DNA from: Octopus bimaculoides
Lineage: Eukaryota
Reading direction: 5' to 3'
NCBI RefSeq assembly: GCF_001194135.2
Contig: NC_068984.1
Location: forward strand, 35,009,392-35,073,102
Length of the DNA: 63,711 nt
Position numbers and translations under genes: made by a program. A model generated the notes under the pieces. That model made no database searches. It was not told the DNA's origin and saw nothing but the letters and a program-made list of their open reading frames with translations. Each line of letters begins with the position of its first letter. The stretch's first letter is position 1. This document shows, piece after piece, positions 13,088-23,317 of this stretch.

Positions 13088-14215
13088 GGGACCACCACAC
13101 ACGGAGTAGATGGAGTAAGCAAATTAATGTTGTGGTCATGGAGTGTTACTACCTCAGCAACTCGGTAGATGAAACTGGTGCTCAAATTATGGGTTACCAA
13201 CAGCGTATGCATGATCATTGGAGGGAAAAGGGCTTGTTTCAACTCCCGGAACGGAGACTATGTGATCAAGCTAGAGCAATAAGACAAAAATCGTTGGTTC
13301 ACAGAAGTAGAGCTCGAAGCCATCACAGCAAACCACAGCACATACCCAAGGCGCACAGAGCTGCGCTCGGTAGTGAAGTGAAAGCAGTTCTTACTAATAA
13401 AATAGCGCAGGAAAGGAAAGTTTACTTGTTGAGAGACATATAGATGATCTAAAAGAAGACAATAAAACTAATGTTGACACGACAGATGAACAAAAGACAA
13501 TCTACGACAGAATAAAGGCAACACTACAGGAGAAAGTTAGCGGCATTATTTCCAACGTAAAAAGGTTGAACGGTGGAAGATGAACCAAGGAAAGAAAAAT
13601 GTCAATGATATTCTGGAATACATCAGAACAAACAACATGAGAGAAAGAAATAATTTGGTCAAGGCAGGTAGTATTGTTGTAGCAGAAAATGTGGGTGTTG
13701 ATGTCAACAGAAATAAATATAATGGGAGGAACGAAAGAAAAGACCCATGGTGGAAAAACAGAATACACGCAGGGTTAGATATGCTCTCGTAGGAAATTTC
13801 TGTGTTAGACCTAAAAGTGAAAGGGAGCTTAAAAGCGAACAAAAGTACAGGGCGCGGAAAAGGAAGTATAATATTGAAAGAAAGGGCCTGAAAGTGGTAA
13901 TGGAAAAACTGAAATAGCATCTCATTGCAAAGAAAGCAAAGGTGGTATGATACGACCAAAGAATGAGGAGTAACCACCAGAGTAGGTTATTCAAAGTAGA
14001 TGAGAAGACATTCTATGCAGAAATGAATGTAGAGTGCACAGATAAAAAGTTGATACCAGATAACAATGAAGGTCAATGGCCTTGGAGTTACATCTGGGGC
14101 AAAGACAAGGAGGACAAGAAGGATGCTGAATGGTTGCTAGAACTGAAACAAACAGTAGTCTGTCAAAAGTAGGCAGAACTAGTCAGTTCAGTTAGGGAAG
14201 TGAAGGAACCCCGTA
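13088..14215 (+). mobile_element. Degenerate N-terminal (pre-RT) region of an R4/Dong-type ORF (copy C)
   Basis: Broken frames read WSKQINVVVMECYYLSN...GYQQRMHDHWREKGLFQLPERRLCDQARAIRQK, RKDPWWKNRI, HQSRLFKVDEKTFYAEM and WSYIWG...DAEWLLELKQ. From recall, these match the pre-RT region of R4-clade ORFs. Many stops and frameshifts. Confidence 0.78.
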
Positions 14216-14363
14216 GACTGTTAGATTCTTTAGCATCTCGTCAAAAATTTGTGATACCTTTCTAGATATTTCGCAGGCGACCCACAACAAAAGATATGGT
14301 TGTGGGTTTAATTGCCATGACATCTCGCAATCTCAAAGCATAAGATTATTATTTATTATTATT

Positions 14364-14909
14364 GAAAGAGCAATGCACGCCATTAAACTGAAGCTGTGAT
14401 ACAGATAAACAAAGCCCAATGTACCAATCTTGACTACCCGTCTGATAATGGTACACCAGTCACATGCATCACAACCATATGCGAACATCATGCTACTTCC
14501 ATATCAAAATAAACAGCGCATGACCTTGCTCGTGGAGCTCTGTTAGAAGTGTCATCAAGTCAAGTAGACATCCCACTCAAAAGATCCCTAAATAATTGGT
14601 TGTTCCTTATTTTGAATGAAACACCTATATTTCTGGAGGTTAATTGTTCAAACCCCAAAGAGCTTTTTCTCAACACATGGCTATGATGCCACCCCACTGC
14701 TTCTGCACTTGATCAGGGAATCACATATTGTCAGCTACCAAGGAACAAGCTCGATTTGTTAAGGTCACGCAGTTGACAAGCAAATATGTGGTATGAACAG
14801 AATATTTGCTATAGCCCATCTTTTATATCAAGACACAATGTATACATGGTAACATTTCCACTCAGTTAAAATCAAAAGCCATGAGAGCCAGTGTTTGGTA
14901 ATGCATCAG
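14364..14909 (-). mobile_element. ~550-bp non-coding interspersed element bounded by (ATT)n on both sides (candidate non-autonomous element)
   Basis: Complex sequence with no ORF between (ATT)n at 14345-14363 and 14910-14927. It resembles a high-copy octopus repeat as I recall it (not verified). Strand is inferred from the (AAT)n orientation. Confidence 0.55.
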
Positions 14910-14914
14910 ATTAT

Positions 14915-15310
14915 TATTATTATTATTGTTTTGCCTATTATGAAAGACTCTCGGGAAATTCTTAATTACCAGTTATTCTTTACTTGAATGCAGGCAATAA
15001 CAAATCACCAAAGGTTACAAATATTGCCTTCTCATGTAACACAAAGAGACAATGCTCTCCTTAGAATGCGAGCTGTACCCAACAATGTTGTCTTCTGGGT
15101 CACCTTGCGCCTGACAGCAGCTCCAATATTTTTCATATGTTTTCCAAACCTTTAGAAACAGTTCCTAATGTTCCAATTACCACTGGTGTCACCATTACTG
15201 TCCTCATGCCCCATAACTTTCCTATCTCGTTCTGCAATCGCTGGTATTTCTCAATCTTTTCTCTTTCCTTAACATTCACCCTCGAATCGCCTGACATTGC
15301 AACATATATT
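14915..15310 (-). mobile_element. 5'-truncated R4/Dong-type element (copy D): REL C-terminus plus 3'UTR
   Basis: The minus strand reads IIYVAMSGDSRVNVKEREKIEKYQRLQNEIGKLWGMRTVMVTPVVIGTLGTVSKGLEN. The 3'UTR has an AGGCAATA...TATTGCCT hairpin. (AAT)n lies on both sides in element orientation. Confidence 0.88.
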
Positions 15311-15321
15311 ATCTTTACATT

Positions 15322-15344
15322 ATTATTGATGTTGTTGCTGCTGC

Positions 15345-15425
<81 letters not shown>

Positions 15426-15436
15426 CATTATTATTA

Positions 15437-15486
<50 letters not shown>

Positions 15487-15487
15487 T

Positions 15488-15547
<60 letters not shown>

Positions 15548-15562
15548 TTTTTGTTGTTGTTT
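15322..15562 (+). repeat. Compound array (GTT/GCT)-(ATT)n-(AGT)n-(GTT)n
   Basis: Seen directly; 5' flank of R4 copy D. Confidence 0.95.
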
Positions 15563-15999
15563 TATAATACTTAAAATAATCGTTTTTTATCAAAAAATTA
15601 TGCCTACTCATCAAATAATCGTACATGTATATAAATATTAAAAAGAAACATAATTATTAAATCTATTTCGAGAAATGACTCTTCAATGTGCGCATATATT
15701 CTAAGATTTGCTGCGGAGACAATTCTTCTAAACATTCAGTTATCTATACCCAAAGTCTACCTCCTGTGAAACTGCTTATTCATGTGCTCTGACTGAAACA
15801 TCTGAATAAGTTATTGTATACAGAACAGACTATCGACTTCTCGCCAATGTCTGGTCTACAGAGATTTATTGAAGAACTACAAATAAAAACTGAAGCAGCC
15901 ATGCTAACAATCATCTTAGATGTCATGATCAAATCATTGTAGTCTTTTTATGTGGACGAGTAAGTTATATTTAATTATTTATAGGTTACGTCCTGTTAT

Positions 16000-16720
16000 T
16001 TCTCTCATTTCCGTAGTGTTATTTCGACAATTTCTGTTCAGCTTTTTTTATAGTTTCATTCCGAATTTCCTATGTTTCGATCTCCTTTATGCAATTTGAG
16101 GTATTATATCTGTTACTTCTGTAAGACAAGCTCAGAAAATTTTATAGTTGAATACATTTATTTCTATAATTTCAATTCTCTTAGTTCTGTAGAGATTTTT
16201 GCCATTCAACAAGTGTCTTTCTGTTATTTTTAACAGTTCAGTTTTTCAATAAGTTGGATGTATTATTTTTTATTGGTTGATTTCTATTACGTTCGGTAAG
16301 CCAATTTCTCTTATTTCACTTCTATTTCTTACTGATATAATTTCGTATAAAAAGCAATTACCCAGTCATGAATATATGTCTTTAAGCTATATTGTTGATA
16401 TTTAGCCAGATATCAACTAAACGAATAAGAAAATTATGAAAAGTGTTCCAACCTTAACCATCCCTTATTTATGTTTATCAAGGTCTGAAATGCCCGATGA
16501 GTTTATTTTTAAGATGCTAGAAAGTGATTTGTGGTAGGTTAAATTTCATATTTAGCTACTATATGTTTAAAAGAATCACACTTTTAGTTATCATAACCGC
16601 CTTATAATACAAATTATATGATACAAGAAATTTCTTTGACATAAAATAAGCGTATTCCATTCTCATTAATTGTAGAGGTATCTTTTCTTTAGACTGACTA
16701 AGGTAGTTAGCATGTGACAG
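16000..16720 (-). pseudogene. Possible old LINE APE-endonuclease relic
   Basis: The minus strand has INENGIRL (resembling RTE NENGERL) followed downstream by TNHFLA (resembling SDH). Otherwise heavily decayed. Confidence 0.3.
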
Positions 16721-18191
16721 TTATTATAATCAACCTGACATGCTATTCTTTCCTAGAGATTGTTCTGATCAGATCTAGGTTTTGGATTTGTTCATAACCT
16801 TCTTCGACGCAAAGTATGTTTATAGCATTTCATGTTTTTCTTTTTTTTTTTCTGTTCTGCGTGATAAAACCAGGCACTCCTCCCAGAACATATTTCATAA
16901 TTCAGTATGTGATTTCTCTTTCCAAAACTGATAAACAAATTTCAAAGACGTAATCAAACTTAGGTTGCTTCCGTAACATGTTTATTGAAAGCAGTTCGAG
17001 ACAAATCTCTGTTTTTCAGTTGAAAGACCATTTCCAGCTTAATATAAGAAAGTTATTTTGCAAAACATTGGCTCAAGAAGCAGTTTGTGTACTAGCGTCT
17101 TTATTTAAGAATATATGTAGAACATATGTTGCTTGAGTACGTTTGTTAATTCCGTGTGTATATTACTATGCGAACGATAACTTTTATTACTTTCCTACAA
17201 TTATTGATTTTGGCTGATCGAGTCGAAGTTAAGTTTGCGACTAAAATTCTATATAATATTACCTCTTTCCAGATGAACACAATTACCAAGTGGTCAGTAT
17301 TGGTTAAAACTTTATCTAAGCTAGAATCTTTTTATAATGTGTTTATAAATCTGTTTACATGTGCGTGTGTGCACGCTTGTATATATGTTTATACATACAT
17401 ANNNNNNNNNNNNNNNNNNNNNNNNNNNNNNNNNNNNNNNNNNNNNNNNNNNNNNNNNNNNNNNNNNNNNNNNNNNNNNNNNNNNNNNNNNNNNNNNNNN
17501 NNNNNNNNNNNNNNNNNNNNNNNNNNNNNNNNNNNNNNNNNNNNNNNNNNNNNNNNNNNNNNNNNNNNNNNNNNNNNNNNNNNNNNNNNNNNNNNNNNNN
17601 NNNNNNNNNNNNNNNNNNNNNNNNNNNNNNNNNNNNNNNNNNNNNNNNNNNNNNNNNNNNNNNNNNNNNNNNNNNNNNNNNNNNNNNNNNNNNNNNNNNN
17701 NNNNNNNNNNNNNNNNNNNNNNNNNNNNNNNNNNNNNNNNNNNNNNNNNNNNNNNNNNNNNNNNNNNNNNNNNNNNNNNNNNNNNNNNNNNNNNNNNNNN
17801 NNNNNNNNNNNNNNNNNNNNNNNNNNNNNNNNNNNNNNNNNNNNNNNNNNNNNNNNNNNNNNNNNNNNNNNNNNNNNNNNNNNNNNNNNNNNNNNNNNNN
17901 NNNNNNNNNNNNNNNNNNNNNNNNNNNNNNNNNNNNNNNNNNNNNNNNNNNNNNNNNNNNNNNNNNNNNNNNNNNNNNNNNNNNNNNNNNNNNNNNNNNN
18001 NNNNNNNNNNNNNNNNNNNNNNNNNNNNNNNNNNNNNNNNNNNNNNNNNNNNNNNNNNNNNNNNNNNNNNNNNNNNNNNNNNNNNNNNNNNNNNNNNNNN
18101 NNNNNNNNNNNNNNNNNNNNNNNNNNNNNNNNNNNNNNNNNNNNNNNNNNNNNNNNNNNNNNNNNNNNNNNNNNNNNNNNNNNNNNNNNNN

Positions 18192-18222
<31 letters not shown>

Positions 18223-19329
18223 TCATGTATATGTATGTATATATATTTTTATACATAGATACACACGACCACGAGCGCGCATATACACACACATTTATAC
18301 ACACATATACGTGTGTGTATGAGTATTTCAGCATATATATACATACTCATATGCTTATGCAAGTGGAGAGTAACATGTAAACCAACTCTTCTTTAAAAAC
18401 ATATAATTCTGATATATTGACCAATACCACTTTTTACACTGTTCATCAACTCTATCACTACACTAGAATTCCCCTATTTCAAATATTTAAAGCAACTATT
18501 TCTGAATATTAAAAGTAGCTACTGGTTTTACTCCATAAGAATACGTTGCAATTTTAATTACGTGGCTATTTTGGGTAAATACACAATCACAAGTTAGGGA
18601 AACATTTCTCACAATAAAATTGGAAAGTTATAGCACAGAAAACAAATAGGAAAAAATGTCTGGTAAATCAAAAGAGAGTATTGGGGCCTAATCGTCCTAG
18701 AAACGTACCTCTGAAAATAAGAAAATGCGTTCCATTGATATTCAATACTTTACATTATCTTGTCTTTGTTACTTAAGCGAGTGATTTTAAATATATTACA
18801 CACTGGCGCGTTTACACAGGAAAACCAGTCGAGGAAATATCAAAAAGAAAAAAAAAATAAAGCGTTATTTTAATGTACAACAAATCAATAAACTATAAAT
18901 TATATATTTAAAAAAAACAAACAATGTATACGCCAAAATTTAAAATTGACCGATTTTTTTTTTCTTGTAATTCGGCTTATTGTGCCAAGAGTATCGAACA
19001 CATAGACACACGAGCCAAATATGTCGAGGTTATAACTACTCTTTCGCTAATTTAACTACACGTGTATAAACATAAGTAAAATGTGCAAATCAAAATAAAT
19101 GAAATTACTTGGCATTCGAACTTAATGGACGTGTACCGGATGTCAAAGCACAAGACAGCTGGCGCATGCGCAGAAATATTTTCCTAAGACATGATGCCAA
19201 GTGAACACCATGGTTCATTATGCACACATTTCATTGACATAAAAGGATTATAGGTTTATAATGATCACTGCCACTTTGAACATTTTACTATCTCTACTCC
19301 TTTACCATTGATCCATCAAATTATCTAGC

Positions 19330-19375
<46 letters not shown>

Positions 19376-19476
19376 TCTCTCCCTCTCTCTCTCTCAAACA
19401 CTATATGTATATAACAGAATAAAGAATACATACATACACACACACATACATATATAACAGATTATATTTATCTACG

Positions 19477-19523
<47 letters not shown>

Positions 19524-19550
19524 GTATCTATAACAGAATAACATCATATA

Positions 19551-20600
19551 TATTGGGTTGGAAACTAAGTTCCTTCATTTTTTTTTTTAATTTGGAATTT
19601 ATTGCGTTTTTAAATTTTGGAATCTATTTTTTCCGAGAATTTTATGTTTGAATCATTTTGGAATATCTTTTTTCCTAGTTAATTTTAGTTAATTTTTGTT
19701 TATTTTTAGATAATTAAAATGGAATGTCAAATTAAGAATAAGGAGCATTTTTGACACCTCCTTCTTTTTGCTTTTAATCGAGGTTCTAAGGCCGCAAAAG
19801 CTGCTCGCGACATCTGTGCTGTGTATGGAGAGGGTGCCATAGCTGAAAGAACTGCTCGTGATTGGTATTCCAAGTTCAAAAATGCCAATGGAAATTTTGA
19901 CCGCAAAGTCGCACCTCGTTCTGGCCGTCCAGTTGAATTCGATGAAGAGCGATTAAACAAACTTTTGCACGAAAAGTCTCGTCAAACCACAAAGCAACTG
20001 GCAGAGAAAATGGATTCTCTCACACTACTATAGAGAAGCATCTTCACTCGATGGGAAAGGTTCAGACGTGTGGAGTATGTGTTCCACATGCTTTAAGTGA
20101 CAACAAAAATCAACGAGCCCCAATCTCCGCTGGTTTGCTTCCTCGTCACCGCTCAACTCATGGACACAAGCAACGATTTCTTCACCGAATCGTTGCTGGT
20201 GACGAAAAATGGTGCCTGTACATAAATATGTTCCGGTCAACGCAGAACTCTATATTCAACAGATGGAACGAGTCATCACGGCTATTCAAGAGAAAAGACA
20301 TAATCGGGAGCATGGAGTTCTTCTGCTGCACGACAACGCCCGCCTTCATATCGCCAATATGACCAAGGAAACCATTCAAACGCATGTGTGGGAAGTGCTG
20401 TCACACCAACCTTACTCCCCTGATTTCCGTTGTTTCGTTCAATACTGATGCAGAATTTGGAGCGTGGATGGATCGATTTTTCGAGTCGAAATCGGGTGAT
20501 TTCTAACAATAGGTTATTGAAAATCTTGCTAAACGTTGAGAAGAAGTTGTAAACAACAAGTGTGAATACATTAATGATTAATTAGTTGTTATTTTTTATT
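19551..20600 (+). mobile_element. Mariner (Tc1/mariner) transposon relic with pseudogenised, internally deleted transposase
   Basis: Left TIR-like end TATTGGGTTGG at 19551; ATG at 19719. Frames read MECQIKNKEHF*HLLLFAFNRG...RTARDWYSKFK...PRSGRP (HTH region), CVPHAL (WVPHEL-like), RIVAGDEKW, LLLHDNAR, HQPYSPD. Deletions follow DEKWCLYINM and YSPD. Stop at about 20579-20581. No right TIR seen. Confidence 0.93.
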
Positions 20601-21055
20601 AAACCTTTAAAAAAATAAATTTATAAAAAAAAATGTATGTATGTATGTGTGTGTATCTATATTTATATATGCATGTGTGTATATATGTAGATTCATAGTT
20701 AGAAATATGCATATGCATGCATTGCTACTGGTGTTTCTAGTGGCCTACAACATGCTGATATAGGTCCATAACTGTTTGCCCTACAAATCAACAAAGGAGC
20801 CTCTGCAACGTAGATCTATCTATCTGGTTGACATACCCCTGACGTTCAGCCCCAAACTACGATCTACTGGCCTACGGGAAAGAGAAAATGAATAACGTAG
20901 AGCAGAAGGATGGAAATGTCGCTTCATCAGCAGTATAAATGCGTTTCGTCCGCGGTCCGATACTTATAACTAACCTGACAGGAAACAAAAGAACATCTCT
21001 AAAAATGCTTAAGCATAAACAGCAGCAGGGACCGTAAAATATTTCATCTATGCAT

Positions 21056-21336
21056 TAGCATAAGCTTTGGCATGCCGAGCGAAATGCAGAGCAGTATTTT
21101 GTCTGCTGTTACGTTCTGAGTTCAAATTCTGTCGAGGTTGACTTTGCCTTTCTGAAGGCGGCGAGCTGGCATAAACATTAGCATGCCGGGCGACTTTGCC
21201 AAATTCCGCCGAGGTCGACTTTGCCTTTCATTATTTCGGGGTCGATAAATTAAGTGCTAGTTGCGTACTGGGATCGTTCTAATCGACTAGCCCCCTCACT
21301 CAAAATTTCAGACCTTGTGCCTAGAGTAGAAAACAA
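21056..21336 (+). mobile_element. SINE family 1, tandem/nested double copy
   Basis: A partial unit at 21056-21152 (GAGTTCAAATTC...GACTTTGCCTTTC) is followed by a new head AAGGCGGCGAGCTGGC at 21155. The second unit has an internal deletion and a full 3' end (GACCTTGTGCCTAGAGTAGAAAA). Confidence 0.88.
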
Positions 21337-23090
21337 TATTTTTTTTCAAAGCTGAGCATAAGCACTTCGGTATTAGGAGAGTCTGTGCAGATCGAGCCCT
21401 AAGAAAGTATAGCACTATAAAAATCTTTCATTCAGGCTTATATTTGAAAGCATATTATTTCTGTCTATCAAATATTTTAACCTCATTTTCTTCGCTTAAT
21501 TTCAGTTAACACCAACCTATTAGGACAGAATATGTTGCTCTATTTCCTACACACCTCGCTCTATCTATTAATCAATCGACTTAACTATATATCTACACAT
21601 ACATACATACATGTATATGTGCAGATACACGCAAATGGGTAAACATCACAGATAATTCTAGTAAATTTGGTGGCATGAACGAAACAAACAAAATACTCTA
21701 CAGAGTCAAACACTGAAGGCATTTACATACGTGAATACATATATACATACATGCATACGTATGTACACACGTTCAAATATACAAGCACATATGTATGCAT
21801 ATACACACACACACACATATATGTGTATGATATATATATGTGTGTATGTGTATGTGTGTGTGTGGTCACATAGGAATAAACACTAATATCTAAACACAAT
21901 CTGTCTCTCACTTCTACATTACATTCCAATCTAGATTCATATGCTTTACTTTCCTGTTATCTTCTTTAAACCTACCGAATTTCCAATACTTTCCAACTTT
22001 TTTCTCACACTTACTTTCTAGTACGAGATATTAGTAGCGACGGAATACACATCTTCTAACTACAGACGCAAATATGATATCAGGCCGTTACTATCAAAAT
22101 TTGTACTAAATGAATGCACAAGAAGGAGAGTCAGTGATCTTGATCTTCAGAGACGTTATCACAAACGCTGTGCTTTTGAATTTATGATTGTCTTGTATAT
22201 TTGGATATATACTCGTGGGGATATCTTGTATTTTTAAAGCATCAGAGTCGCCTAATTGGAGTTTCAAATGAAGGATGAATTATATATGACCAAATTCATT
22301 TATAAACATAAACTTTTCATGGAATACCTACAGATCTTACTAGCCATTACTATATATCTTTAATTTGCTTATGTAAATATGTGCATATGTGTATATGTAT
22401 GTATGCCTTTATTTTTGTGAATTTGTGTGTGTGCAAGTGTGTGTCTGTAGCAGTATGTCTGGAGGTGTGAAAGTCAAGTAAAAGTACGATTAGAACATTT
22501 TCACCTTAAATCTCACATTAAGCAACAACTTCAAACTCGTCTACAGCAATCTCAAATACTTCATCCACGGACGCAAATTCATTATCGTTCACCAGCATAT
22601 TTAGCATATTTGTTGTAAAACGACAGTTTGTATTAAATACAAGTACACGACAACAAAGACGCAAACACATAACCGTAGTTATGTTATTCTTACTTCCATA
22701 TTAAGTTCACTAAAAACGAAAATAATTATACTACATAAATGTATTTGATTTCATTTACGAATATACTTAGGCTGAAAATGTTATGTTTCAATTATATGTA
22801 GTTATGCATTTAATATGCTAAATGCATTCTTATGTATCCATAACTTGCACCGTGTACAGATGGAGGAGTTTCTACCTAGGCCTTTTCTACATATGGAGCA
22901 GGGTATATAGATATATAAATATATATATGTATATATATAATTTGAAGATAAGCAACAAAAATTCAATAGGTTATCTTCAAATTGTATTCACCAAATCTCT
23001 TGATTTTGTTTTTGGCTTTTACCCTACCAAATTCTGGTGCCTCAAACATTTTAAGTACCACATTTAATCTTTTGATTAAATCTATATTAT

Positions 23091-23134
<44 letters not shown>

Positions 23135-23139
<5 letters not shown>

Positions 23140-23317
23140 TCGTAAATATACAGGGATTAGCATTGAGTTGCTTCTCCAACATACTGAAAATTTAGAAATA
23201 GCAGTCAAAAAACTACTGATTCTAAACTAGAATCAGTAGTTTTTTGACTGCTATTTCTAAATTTTCAGTATGTTGGAGAAGCAACTCAATGCTAATCCCT
23301 GTATATTTACGATGATA
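23135..23317. repeat. Perfect palindrome: 90-bp arms, 3-nt spacer (AAC)
   Basis: 23135-23224 is the exact reverse complement of 23228-23317 (checked base by base). It starts directly at the end of a (TA)n array. Confidence 0.95.

Noticed and set aside
12845-13242. ORFs with poly-N/K/R/L/S/Y/F tracts (also 5162-5386, 10572-10847, 15137-15626, 61467-62306)
   Set aside because: These are frames of compound trinucleotide arrays with no flanking coding signal.
14279-14310. Small hairpin ACCCACAAC-10nt-GTTGTGGGT
   Set aside because: A 9-bp stem is expected by chance in 60 kb, and there is no element context.
22016-22106. Minus-strand acceptor/donor pair enclosing 91 nt
   Set aside because: All three frames contain stops and there is no other support; it could only be non-coding.
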